Source of the DNA: Candidatus Binataceae bacterium
Lineage (GTDB): Bacteria; Desulfobacterota; Binatia; Binatales; Binataceae
NCBI GenBank assembly: GCA_036489375.1
Contig: DASXFX010000063.1
Coordinates: 6,989 to 70,988, forward strand
Reading direction: 5' to 3'
Length of the DNA stretch: 64,000 nt
Below, one piece after another: positions 19,541-29,074 of the stretch. The translations under genes were made by a program, and so were the position numbers. The notes beneath the pieces are model-generated. The model did not search any database. It saw nothing but the letters and a program-made list of their open reading frames with translations, and had not been told where the DNA came from. The first letter of the stretch is position 1, and each line of letters begins with the position of its first letter.

Positions 19541-19601
19541 TTTCTCACCGATTGACGCTCGCAACGATGAGTTTTCACGGGAGAAGTCCGCATCGTCGCA
19601 T

Positions 19602-19805
19602 TCAGTACTGATTCTTGACCTGGACGCGCCCGTTGTCGTCGTAAACGTACACCTGGTCCGCCGCCTCGTCCTTGGTCTTCTTGTGCGTGCCGTCGCAAAA
19701 CGGCTTGTTCTTCGACAGTCCGCACCCGCAAATCCACGCCGGCAGCTCGGTGCCTTCTGCAACTTCGTACGGGCCGTTCTTTTCGTGCCTGACCATTCGA
19801 GCCAT
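19602..19805 (-). CDS. CDGSH iron-sulfur domain protein (mitoNEET-like)
   Basis: CGCGLSKNKPFCDGTHKK motif; start at MARMV. Confidence 0.8.
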   Translation of the reverse strand: MARMVRHEKNGPYEVAEGTELPAWICGCGLSKNKPFCDGTHKKTKDEAADQVYVYDDNGRVQVKNQY

Positions 19806-19907
19806 GTGATTCCCTCGCTTGTCGATGGGCGCGCAATTCGCGATATCCAACGCGCCAGTTGCCGCGATCAAAGAACAATCTCGCCCTATAGTCAAACGCG
19901 CAGCTTG

Positions 19908-20897
19908 TCAGGTCAACGGCGGATGCACCGCTTCGGCCGCTTCAACGTCGCTCGACTTCCTTCCCGCGTCCGCCCCCAGCACCAGGAATAAGACCCCCGC
20001 GACCGCAATCAGCACGCCGCGAATCTCGCGCGCACTCGGATGTTCCCCCAGGAAGATAATCGCGAACATGAACGACAGCATCGGCACCCCCGGAATCGTC
20101 AGCGCAGTCGTCCACGCCAACGATAACCGGTTGATCGCGCCGTACCACGTCAACGATCCGAGCACGTAGATCAGCGCACCGGTCACGAAAATCACGATCA
20201 ACGTGCGCGGTTCCACCAACGCGCCTATCGCGCCGAAATCGGTCACGAGGAAAATCGCACTCAATATGATCGCCGCGAAAATCGTTCGCGCCCCCGTCAC
20301 GCAGATTTCCGAGAGCGGCGGCATCACGCCCAGCGAAATCACGTGCGAGGTCTGCCAGCACAGCGGTGTTAGAAAGAGTAACGCGGCGGCGGAATACGGT
20401 CTGAATGCGCGCCCGGCTCCCAAGACCGATCCGATTCCGATCAGGATCACCGCGGTCGCGATCAGTTGCCGCCGCGACGGCCGCTCACCGAGAAAAATCG
20501 TTGATAGTAGTAGCGAGTACAGCGGCTCGCTCTGCAGCAGGATCACGCCCGCGATCGCGTCAATCTGGCGCAGCCCGAAAATCAGCGTCAGGCTGGTCGC
20601 GACCGAACCAAAGATCGATAACGTCACCAACCGCTTGCTCCACTGACGCGAAACCAGCGTGCCGATCTCGCCGCGCAGCCACATCACCACCGCCAGGATC
20701 GAGCCCGCCACCGTCATCGACCCCGCGCAAAACAGCATCGGGTCAATATTCCTCGCCCCGTAACGAGTGATCACCGGCTGCACCGCCGCGATAATCGTCG
20801 TCGCAACCGCATTGGCAAGTCCGACGCGGAACTGATGGCCGCTATGCGGCCGTCCCGTCGTCGCCGGCTGCGAAGTGCTATCGGTTTCGGCTTTCAT
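19908..20897 (-). CDS. EamA/DMT-superfamily transporter
   Basis: About 10 TM helices in two EamA repeats. Confidence 0.8.
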   Translation of the reverse strand: MKAETDSTSQPATTGRPHSGHQFRVGLANAVATTIIAAVQPVITRYGARNIDPMLFCAGSMTVAGSILAVVMWLRGEIGTLVSRQWSKRLVTLSIFGSVATSLTLIFGLRQIDAIAGVILLQSEPLYSLLLSTIFLGERPSRRQLIATAVILIGIGSVLGAGRAFRPYSAAALLFLTPLCWQTSHVISLGVMPPLSEICVTGARTIFAAIILSAIFLVTDFGAIGALVEPRTLIVIFVTGALIYVLGSLTWYGAINRLSLAWTTALTIPGVPMLSFMFAIIFLGEHPSAREIRGVLIAVAGVLFLVLGADAGRKSSDVEAAEAVHPPLT

Positions 20898-21046
20898 CGA
20901 AGCGCAACGGCGTCAGCTTGCGCAGCCTCCCGCAGCGCAGCGATCCCGCGATCGTCGCGATCATCGGGATCGTCGCGACCCGCGCGCAAGGGCGATGCAT
21001 CTTGGCCGTCGCGCCGGTATCTTAGTCGGCGGCACACCCGATTGAA

Positions 21047-23161
21047 ATGAACACCAAGCCTCTACCGGTTACCGCCTCCACCGAACCGTCGTCTGCTGCC
21101 GCCCCAGCCGCACCTCCGGGCACCGCGCCCGAAGTGACTGCGGCAGTCGCCGACACGCGCGTCAGTCCCATTGAACCTGCGAGTTCCCTGTTCGATCCCC
21201 GCGAAGCACTGGTCGCCCGTCGCCTCGAGTTGCTTTCGTCGCCGCCGATCGCAATTCCCATAATTCTCGCGATCGGCGTCCTGCTCTTCATCGTCAACCT
21301 CGGCGGCGCGCCGCTCTACACCAAGGGCGAGCCGCGCGAGGCGGTCACCGTCTTCGATATCGTGCACGGTGGCGGCGTGATCCTCCCGCTGCGCGCCGGC
21401 GTCGAAATCCCTTCCAAGCCGCTCCTGATGCATTGGCTCGCGGCTATCGTTTCGCTCATCGCCGGCGGCGTCAGCGCCTGGACCGTGCGCTTGCCCTCCG
21501 CAAGTCTCGCCATCGCCGGGATGCTCGTCACCTACCTCTACGTGCGCAAAATGTTCGAAGCGCGCGGCGCCCTCTTCGCCGCCCTGATGCTCGGGACCGC
21601 CTTTCAATATCTACAGGCCGGCACCGGCTCACGCGTGGACATGACGCTGACCTTCTTCATGACGGTCGCCTTCTTCGAGTTCCTCGCGATCGCCGAACGC
21701 TTGAGCAATCGCACCACGATACTCTACCTCGCACTCGCGCTCGCCGTTCTGACCAAGGGCCCCGTCGGCGCTGCACTGCCCGCCCTCGTCGCGTTCGTCT
21801 GGATCGCTCTCGCCTGGCGCTGGGAGGTCCTCAAGCGAATGCGCCTGCTGCGCGGCGCGATCATCGTCGGCGTCATCGGCGGCGGATGGTATCTCGCGGC
21901 AATCGTCGTTGGCGGCTCTGCCTTCGTCCACAAACAGTTGTTGAGCGAGAACCTCTATCGGTTGATCGGACACGCCGGTGTCAATCACGGCCACGCGCAT
22001 CCGTTCTATTACGAGGAACTCGCGCTGCTCGCGGGCTTCCTGCCGTGGACGCCGATTCTGCTGCTCGCGATCGTTCAGGCCGTGCGCCATCCCCGCCGCC
22101 TCGATCCGCGGCTCGGTTATTTGCTCGTATGGTTTCTCGTCGTCCTGATTTTTTACAACCTGCCGCAGAGCAAGCGCGGGGTCTATCTGCTCGCGCTCTA
22201 CCCCGCCCTCGCCACAATTCTCGCGCTCTACCTGAGCGACGCGATCTCGCACCGCGCGATGATCGCGCGTCCCCTCCGCGCCTTCACCCGTGGGTTCGGC
22301 CTCTTCTTCGTCGCTAGCGGCGTCCTCGCGGTCCTAGGCCTCGCCCTGCTCTTCGCCGCACCGTCCGCGATCGGATATCTGCTGACCGAATGCGGCATCA
22401 TGCTCGATCAGTTACCCGCCGCCCTGCGCAGCAGCGCGCATCAGCACGGAATCATCAGTCTGGTCCTTCCGTTGATCGCAATCGTGACCGGCATTTATCT
22501 GCTGCGCGCACGCCCGCGTATCGAGACCATGTTCTTCGCGCTAACCGTCGGCTTCGTCGCGATCGTGCTCGCGGTCAATCTCGTGGTCGAACCTGCCGTC
22601 GCGAATACTCTAACGCTCAAGGGCTTCGCCGCCGCCACCATGAGGATCGCCAACGGCAATCCGGTCGGCTACTGGGGCAGTCTCGATTACGACTTCGCCT
22701 TCTACAGCGGCCGCAATATCCAGTTCGTCACCAACCCCGATTCGCAAATCGACTTCGTGGTCTCTTCCGCCAACGATTACCGCCTGATGTGGCCCGCGAT
22801 GCGTGCGCGCTACCAACCCGTGCTGCGCACCGGCCCAACCGATTTCGACGGCGGCGGCCAGATGCTCCTGCTCAAGCGCATCGCTACGCCTCAACCGCCG
22901 CCTCTGTCTTCACCCGCGCCCCCCACACCCGCGATCCCCTCATCCGCGCCGCCCAACTCTACCGCTATCGCCCCATCGCCTAAGTCGACGGCCACCGCCC
23001 CGACAACCAACGTCCCAATACCCAAGTCGACGGCCATCGTCCCACCTCCTTCTTCAACCGCGCCGCCAAACCCCTCGCACGCCGGCTCTTCACCGATCGC
23101 TCCGCATGCGGCGCCCACGGTCCCATCACCTCATTCGGCCAATCCCGCCCGAGCATTGTGA
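21047..23161 (+). CDS. ArnT/PMT-like (GT39/GT83) membrane glycosyltransferase with C-terminal Pro/Ser/Thr-rich low-complexity tail
   Basis: N-terminal GT-C fold helices (NLGGAPLYTKGEPREA..., many TM segments). The last ~90 residues are PxxP/S/T-rich. Confidence 0.75.
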   Translation: MNTKPLPVTASTEPSSAAAPAAPPGTAPEVTAAVADTRVSPIEPASSLFDPREALVARRLELLSSPPIAIPIILAIGVLLFIVNLGGAPLYTKGEPREAVTVFDIVHGGGVILPLRAGVEIPSKPLLMHWLAAIVSLIAGGVSAWTVRLPSASLAIAGMLVTYLYVRKMFEARGALFAALMLGTAFQYLQAGTGSRVDMTLTFFMTVAFFEFLAIAERLSNRTTILYLALALAVLTKGPVGAALPALVAFVWIALAWRWEVLKRMRLLRGAIIVGVIGGGWYLAAIVVGGSAFVHKQLLSENLYRLIGHAGVNHGHAHPFYYEELALLAGFLPWTPILLLAIVQAVRHPRRLDPRLGYLLVWFLVVLIFYNLPQSKRGVYLLALYPALATILALYLSDAISHRAMIARPLRAFTRGFGLFFVASGVLAVLGLALLFAAPSAIGYLLTECGIMLDQLPAALRSSAHQHGIISLVLPLIAIVTGIYLLRARPRIETMFFALTVGFVAIVLAVNLVVEPAVANTLTLKGFAAATMRIANGNPVGYWGSLDYDFAFYSGRNIQFVTNPDSQIDFVVSSANDYRLMWPAMRARYQPVLRTGPTDFDGGGQMLLLKRIATPQPPPLSSPAPPTPAIPSSAPPNSTAIAPSPKSTATAPTTNVPIPKSTAIVPPPSSTAPPNPSHAGSSPIAPHAAPTVPSPHSANPARAL
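22955..23050 (+). repeat. imperfect tandem DNA repeat (CCTAAGTCGACGGCCACCG / CCCAAGTCGACGGCCATCG) encoding a KSTAxxP repeat in the glycosyltransferase tail
   Basis: Two near-identical ~19-bp units are seen directly in the sequence. Confidence 0.6.
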
Positions 23162-23229
23162 GCGCAGAGCATTGCGAACGATCGATCACTAACGCGCCGG
23201 ACTCAATCAGCCTTCCATAGACATTCCGG

Positions 23230-23718
23230 TCAGTCCCCCTTCTCGGAACTTTGCGTGCCGGGCGACGCCTCGATGCCCGCGATCCGATCGAGGTTCGCGA
23301 TTAACCGCGTCAGCAGCGCGATAAGCATCTCGGACTCCTTGTCGCTGAAACCGCGCAACGCCTCCCGATTACCCTTGAGCAAAACCGTAATCGCCTCCGG
23401 CAGGCGCGCCTCTGCGACCTTCGTCAGCGTAATCCGGCTGCTGCGCCCATCGTCCGGATCGGGAACGCGCCGGATCAGCCCGTCCCGCTCCATGCGCGCG
23501 AGCATCTGCGCCATCGGCGGTTGCTCGATCTTGGCGAAGCGCGCCAAATCCCGTTGCGTGCTGGCCCGGCCATCCCGCAGCGCGACCAGCACTGGCAGAT
23601 GTCCCACGCCGAAGCCCAACGGCTTCAGGCGCGCCTCGCTCAAGCGGCCGAAACCGCGCGCCGCCAGACTGATCAGATGCCCCGGCGTCGAAAGCACAGC
23701 TAGCTTCTTCATGCTCAC
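23230..23718 (-). CDS. MarR family transcriptional regulator
   Basis: Winged-HTH MarR pattern (LTKVAEARLPEAITVLLK...). Confidence 0.85.
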   Translation of the reverse strand: MSMKKLAVLSTPGHLISLAARGFGRLSEARLKPLGFGVGHLPVLVALRDGRASTQRDLARFAKIEQPPMAQMLARMERDGLIRRVPDPDDGRSSRITLTKVAEARLPEAITVLLKGNREALRGFSDKESEMLIALLTRLIANLDRIAGIEASPGTQSSEKGD

Positions 23719-23813
23719 CCTCTTGCACCATAATACATACGCACATATATATGTTCATATGTATTTATCCAAGGATTCCAACGCAACGCCGCAGCATGCC
23801 CCGGAGATCACCA

Positions 23814-24188
23814 ATGGATAATGATGTCGAACTCCTCAAGCACCTCTACGATCGCTTCAACGCGCGCGACCTTGACGGCGTGCTGGCCGCCCTCGCCGAC
23901 GATGTCGCCTGGGCCAACGGCATGGATGGGGGCCACGTTCATGGCCGCGAAGCAGTGCGCGAGTACTGGAGCCGCCAATGGGCCATCGTCAGTCCACACG
24001 TCGAGCCGGTGAGCTTTCAGCGCACCGCGGATGGCGCGATCGTTGCCGAAGTCCTGCAGACCGTCCGCGATCTCGAAGGCAAACCGCTCCAGGGACAGAC
24101 CCACGGACTGAAGGACAAAACCGTCGGACACATTTTCCGTCTTGTAGAAGGTAAGGTGGCTCGCTTCGACATCCAGGACGCCGCCTAA
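23814..24188 (+). CDS. SnoaL-like/NTF2-fold protein
   Basis: LLKHLYDRFNARDLDGVLAALADDVAW matches the NTF2-like/SnoaL signature. Confidence 0.7.
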   Translation: MDNDVELLKHLYDRFNARDLDGVLAALADDVAWANGMDGGHVHGREAVREYWSRQWAIVSPHVEPVSFQRTADGAIVAEVLQTVRDLEGKPLQGQTHGLKDKTVGHIFRLVEGKVARFDIQDAA

Positions 24189-24272
24189 GCGACCGACCCG
24201 TTCAGAGCCACAACCCTAGTGGAACACGGCGACCCACCCTCTAGGAAGCCGATACTCAGTGTCTAGGCGATC

Positions 24273-24761
24273 TCAGGCGGGCTGCTTTTCGAGCACCACT
24301 ATCGGAATCTGCCGTCGCGTTTTTTTCTCGTAGTCGCGATAGGGCGGATATAGCTGGACCATCTGCTCCCACAGTCGGGTTCGCTCTTGGCCTGTCGCTA
24401 TACGCGCGCGAGCGTTGAAGTGCTCCTTCGCCACCTGCACCTTGACCACCGGGTTCGCTAACAGATTCAGGTACCAACCAGGATGCGTGTCGGCGCCACC
24501 CTTGGAACCCACGACGATGTAGGCGTTTTCAATTGAGCCATAAAACAAGGGCGACGTCCGGAATTCCCCCGAATGGCGGCCCGTTGTCGTAAGTAGCAGG
24601 GAGGGAACCAGTCCGTTTCCACCTGCAACCGTGGAATCGAACAAGTGTCCTTCCAATCCTCCACTTTCGCGATAAATCCGCAGATGCTCTCCAATCCACT
24701 CCGGCGTCTTACCTGCTTCGAGATCGCGCACCGTCTGAGCTACATCAATTTTCTTCATCAC
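24273..24761 (-). CDS. deazaflavin (F420)-dependent nitroreductase family protein (PNPOx-like, DUF385)
   Basis: LLLTTTGRHSGEFRTSPLFY...VVGSKGGADTHPGWYLNLLANP is the characteristic DUF385 pattern. Confidence 0.75.
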   Translation of the reverse strand: MMKKIDVAQTVRDLEAGKTPEWIGEHLRIYRESGGLEGHLFDSTVAGGNGLVPSLLLTTTGRHSGEFRTSPLFYGSIENAYIVVGSKGGADTHPGWYLNLLANPVVKVQVAKEHFNARARIATGQERTRLWEQMVQLYPPYRDYEKKTRRQIPIVVLEKQPA

Positions 24762-24965
24762 ATCTCCTTAATGACCGTATTCGCTGCGTCATTTGCTTCG
24801 CCAGCGTTTCATCAGTGGAGGAGGCAGGAAGAATTTGTCGTCATACTGGAGTCAGGAGCTTCAAGTCTTCAGGTTCTGCGCACAGGTTTTGCTGCGGTAT
24901 CATTTTAGTCTCGCCAAAACATTCAGAACGGCCCAACTGCTTTCGGGAGCGCGAGAATGACCGCC

Positions 24966-25763
24966 CTACGAAAGCCGCGTCTTGCGCAATTCCGCGACCT
25001 TCGCGCTCAAGCGCGGCAGCACTTCACCGGTCGGCCCGCGCAAACTGATATCGCAGATCTTCGTGATCTCCGACTCGTACAGATTCGACTCGATCAATAC
25101 TCCCCCGCGCTGCTTGACCTCGATCGCGAAGCCCGCCGCCGGATATACCGTGGCCGACGTCCCCGCGACGATCACCAGGTCGGCCGGCGCCGAATGCTCC
25201 ACGCAACGCTCCAGCACGTCGGGCGGAATCGGCTCCCCAAATGCGACCGTGTCGCCCTTCAATAGCCCATCGCACTTTGGACAGCGCGGCGGCAGCACCT
25301 CGAGCGGAATCTCCTCGCCCTGAAATCGCCGACCGCACGCGATACAACGAATCAGCTTCCAGTTGCCGTGAATCTCCGCCAGCGCCGACTGTCCCGCCTG
25401 CCGATGCAGATCGTCAACGTTCTGCGTAATCAGGAATCGCAGCACCCCCATCGTCTCGAGTTCGACCAGCGCCGTATGGCCGGGGTTTGGCTTCGCCACT
25501 TTCAGCGGTCCCCACAACTCGTCGTTCTGGCGACGGATTCGATCCTCCCACGCTTTCTTCGGATCGGCCAGGAAGATCTGGTAACCGTTCATCGGCGGTT
25601 CGCCATACTTCGTCCACAATCCGCCCGGTCCGCGAAATGGCGGAATGCCGCTCTCGACTGACATGCCCGCTCCCGTCAGCGCGATCGCGTAATCCGCTTC
25701 CAGGATCGCGTGCGCGGCCGCCAGGATTTCAGCGTCGCTTGCGTTTGCCGCAGATGTCGCCAT
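24966..25763 (-). CDS. cobB: NAD-dependent protein deacylase (Sir2 family)
   Basis: GAGMSVESGIPPFRG, the Zn-ribbon cysteines CxxC...CxxC and HG motifs. Confidence 0.9.
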   Translation of the reverse strand: MATSAANASDAEILAAAHAILEADYAIALTGAGMSVESGIPPFRGPGGLWTKYGEPPMNGYQIFLADPKKAWEDRIRRQNDELWGPLKVAKPNPGHTALVELETMGVLRFLITQNVDDLHRQAGQSALAEIHGNWKLIRCIACGRRFQGEEIPLEVLPPRCPKCDGLLKGDTVAFGEPIPPDVLERCVEHSAPADLVIVAGTSATVYPAAGFAIEVKQRGGVLIESNLYESEITKICDISLRGPTGEVLPRLSAKVAELRKTRLS

Positions 25764-25855
25764 CGGTTAGTTCTCCCTCTGCGTTTCTCTTTTGCAGGGC
25801 GCTGACCGCGCCGCGGTGTTTCGACCGCGATTAAACCTGATGCCGCCCTCGCCTC

Positions 25856-25976
25856 CCTAACTGACCACGCACAAGAATAAGCCCAACGCCCATCCGCACT
25901 CGCCTAACTGACCACGCCAGGAATAAGCCCTGATTCCCGACCGCACCGGTCTAACTGACTACGCACGAAATGAACG
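25856..25976. repeat. three degenerate direct repeats (CTAACTGACCACGC-AAGAATAAGCCC family), ~47-bp period, intergenic
   Basis: Read directly: cctaactgaccacgcacaagaataagccc / cctaactgaccacgccaggaataagccc / tctaactgactacgcacgaaatgaacg. Confidence 0.6.
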
Positions 25977-26931
25977 TAAACGCATACGCCGACACTCCCG
26001 CATCGAGCGCCGTCAGCTTGAGACTCCCCGTCGCCACCGACTCGTTGGCCACCAGGCTGTACATGCGCGCGCGGTCAACCGTCACGATCGATCGGCCGCC
26101 TTCCATTTTTACGTCGGCGCCCGCACGCTGATCATCTCCGATTGAAATCTCCAGCCGCGCGGGCTTGTCCGCCGGCGGCGCGAGCACCAGGTTCACATCC
26201 ATCGCAGTGTAACGAATCGCCACTCCAGCGCCGGGCGCGGCGGCGCTCGCGCTTTCCTGCCCTACCGTCCAGCGCCCGCTGAGGTAGATCGCGCCCTCAA
26301 CATGACGGCCCGGATCGGCATAGTCAGTCGCGTGATCGCGAGTCACCCCCGCCGGATTTCCAAACTGGCCCCGCATGTAGCCCAGGTAGAGTTCCGGCGT
26401 GACCCGGTAGCACAGCGCGCCGGTCTGATCCTCGTCGCGCAGCGGCGTCATCGGCGGCGGAAAGTCCAACCCCGGACTCAACTCGCTCAGCAGATGCTGA
26501 ATCTGCGCCTCCGTCTCCTGGTAAAGTCCCTCGCCAAAATGGTAGTACCGCAAACGCCCCTGCGTATCGATCAAATATTTAGCCGGCCAGAAACGGTTCG
26601 AATACGCACGCCAGATGCTGTAGTCGTTATCGAGCACCACCGGATATTCGATCTCGAACTGCTTGATCGCGGAGATCACGTTCTGATGGTCTCGCGCGAA
26701 GCTGAACTCCGGAGCGTGCACCCCCACCACCTGTAATCCGAGCGCCGCGTACCGCCGATACCAGCCCGCGACGTACGGCAGCGTCCGGATACAGTTGACG
26801 CAGGTGTAATCCCAAAAATCGACCAGCACCACCGCCTTGCCGTGCAGGCTCTTCAGATCGACTGGACCTTGCTGAATCCACTCGCCACCCTCGAACGGCG
26901 GCGCCAAGATAGTTTCGTTGATCACAGGCAT
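25951..26931 (-). CDS. thioredoxin-like (TlpA/redoxin) protein with extra C-terminal domain
   Basis: A WDYTCVNC CxxC active site in a redoxin fold, plus a ~170-aa C-terminal extension. Confidence 0.7.
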   Translation of the reverse strand: MPVINETILAPPFEGGEWIQQGPVDLKSLHGKAVVLVDFWDYTCVNCIRTLPYVAGWYRRYAALGLQVVGVHAPEFSFARDHQNVISAIKQFEIEYPVVLDNDYSIWRAYSNRFWPAKYLIDTQGRLRYYHFGEGLYQETEAQIQHLLSELSPGLDFPPPMTPLRDEDQTGALCYRVTPELYLGYMRGQFGNPAGVTRDHATDYADPGRHVEGAIYLSGRWTVGQESASAAAPGAGVAIRYTAMDVNLVLAPPADKPARLEISIGDDQRAGADVKMEGGRSIVTVDRARMYSLVANESVATGSLKLTALDAGVSAYAFTFISCVVS

Positions 26932-27257
26932 TCGCGATCACTCCTCACGCGCAACTCGCTCCCACTCCAGAACTCTGACGCCGGCGACCTTATCACAGAC
27001 CGGTATTCTCCATCGAAATATGAATTTTCACCGACGGAGCCGATTCACCCCACAGAAGGATTTCACCCCCCACTCGGCCCTGATGGATTAGCTGGTCAAA
27101 AGCAGTCTAATCATCAAATAGGATGTTCGCCAATTGGGGTGAAATATTTCACGTCATTAGCCGTGCTCGCCTCTTTCGGTGATCAGTATTAGTTCTGACC
27201 CAGGTTCATCAGCCGCACTTCAATCACCGAAACGGCGGCCTCCGGCCCGTCATCTTC

Positions 27258-28085
27258 TCATCCAAGGGTCGTCACAAACTCCGTGATCGCTCGCGCCAAT
27301 GGTTCCGGACTTTCGAGCGGCACGTGATGATGTCCTCCGGGAATCTCGACCAGTCTCACCAGCGGATTCGATGCGGCAGCCTTCGCGCTCGCCTCCGCCG
27401 TCATGATGCGGCTGAGTTCGGCGCGAACCAGTAAGGTCGGTATCTTGATGCGCGCGATCGCAGCGGGCACATCCAGCCCATCGCCGCCGAAGAAGCTCGA
27501 GCGATCGAACTTGAAGGAGTACCTGCCGTCGCTCATACGCTCGATACTATGCTCGGCAATCTGCGCGATTACCCTCGGAGCGATCTCTCCCTCATTCGGC
27601 ATCAGTCGAAACCGCGCCTTCGCTGTTGTGAGATCAGGGTAAGTCACTGTCGGTAAGGCCTTAAGCCGGGTTAGGAAGCGATCGCGCTGCCGCGTCGAAG
27701 TAACTGCTACATCGACCGCGATCGCTGCGCGAGCCAAGTCGCCGCCGCGTGCCGCGAATGACAGCACTGAGATACCACCCATGCTATGGCCTACTACTAT
27801 AGGTCGCACCAGGCCGGCCGCTCCGATAAAGCGCTCCAGGTCGCCGGCGTAGTCATCCGGCGCATAGGCCGGCGGCCGCACCCACTCGCTATCACCATGC
27901 CCGCGTTGGTCGAGCGCCAGCAGCCGAAACCTCTTGGCATCGATCGCGGCGGCCATAGGTTGCCACCACCACGCATTGGCCGTATTGCCATGCAGCAGAA
28001 CGAGCGTCTCGCGAGCCTCGGGATTCCATTCCAGGTAATGTAGTCGCGGCGTGCCTTCTACGAACTTGCTTACAGGCGCGCTCAT
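27258..28085 (-). CDS. alpha/beta hydrolase
   Basis: HGNTANAWWW then the GHSMGG nucleophile elbow. Confidence 0.85.
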   Translation of the reverse strand: MSAPVSKFVEGTPRLHYLEWNPEARETLVLLHGNTANAWWWQPMAAAIDAKRFRLLALDQRGHGDSEWVRPPAYAPDDYAGDLERFIGAAGLVRPIVVGHSMGGISVLSFAARGGDLARAAIAVDVAVTSTRQRDRFLTRLKALPTVTYPDLTTAKARFRLMPNEGEIAPRVIAQIAEHSIERMSDGRYSFKFDRSSFFGGDGLDVPAAIARIKIPTLLVRAELSRIMTAEASAKAAASNPLVRLVEIPGGHHHVPLESPEPLARAITEFVTTLG

Positions 28086-28113
28086 AAGAGGCCTTCGAGG
28101 ATCAAACGGGTCT

Positions 28114-28929
28114 TCATCCGAGTTCGTCCAGGAACTTGCGCAGCGCCGCGGCTAGTCCCGGCGGATTGTCCAGCAGCACATGATGATGCGACCTTGGCAC
28201 TACCTCGAGCCGCCCGCGCGGCATTACCGCAACCATCCGCTCGGCCAGTCCCTCCTTAAGTACACTGGTCTCCGCTTTCAGAAACAGCGCGGGACACTTG
28301 AGCGTCTTGAGTCCGTCCCACGCCTTCATCGGCTCACGCCGCATCGTGCGCCGGTCGCTCTTGTATTCCCACTTGCCATCGCTCGCCAGGCGAAAGGAAT
28401 GCTCGGCGATGTGATCCAACACCTCGCGCGTCGCAATCGTATCGCTCGGAATCGTGCGGAAGCCGGCGATCGCTTCTGCATGCGTCTCGAACCGGCGCGC
28501 AGGCTTGTCGGCGAATTCGCGCAACATCGCGACCGCATGATCCGGGTAGTACGGAGGGCTGTCGATCGCGACCATCCCGTGCAGCGTTTCGCTGTGCAGC
28601 CCGGCGTAACACATCACGTTATGCCCGCCCATCGAATGCCCCACCAGGACCGGCGCACCCAGTCCCCACTGCGAGATGACGGCATACAGGTCAGCCACGT
28701 AATGACGGGTGCCGTAGCCCCACTCGCTCGTCCAATCGCTGTCGCCATGGCCGCGCTGGTCGAGGGCAAGCACATGATGCGTGCCGACTAGTGCCGGTGC
28801 GACAAAGTCCCACCATCGCGCGTGCGCGGCGCCGCCATGAATCAGCAGCACTGGCCGTCGTCCGGCACCGCCAAAGTCCACGCCCGTCAAGACATTTCCG
28901 TCGGCGCCCTTAAAGGTGATTTTCTCCAT
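28114..28929 (-). CDS. alpha/beta hydrolase (paralogue of the preceding gene)
   Basis: HGGAAHARWW then GHSMGG; same architecture as 27258-28085. Confidence 0.85.
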   Translation of the reverse strand: MEKITFKGADGNVLTGVDFGGAGRRPVLLIHGGAAHARWWDFVAPALVGTHHVLALDQRGHGDSDWTSEWGYGTRHYVADLYAVISQWGLGAPVLVGHSMGGHNVMCYAGLHSETLHGMVAIDSPPYYPDHAVAMLREFADKPARRFETHAEAIAGFRTIPSDTIATREVLDHIAEHSFRLASDGKWEYKSDRRTMRREPMKAWDGLKTLKCPALFLKAETSVLKEGLAERMVAVMPRGRLEVVPRSHHHVLLDNPPGLAAALRKFLDELG

Positions 28930-29074
28930 ATTCGACCGCTATTCCAGTCTGTTCGGCCGCGCGACGCAAACGCCCCGGCCGCAATCACGCTTTGCAAGTT
29001 AAAATATTCGTGTAACCATCTTACAGGTCTAGACGCGGTTAAGGACGACGACAAGTGGAAAGAGCCGAATTCGT

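Noticed and set aside
25856-25976. Possible CRISPR array (short direct repeats).
   Set aside because: There are only three copies. They are degenerate, have irregular unit length, and there are no cas genes nearby; they are treated as regulatory or relic repeats instead.
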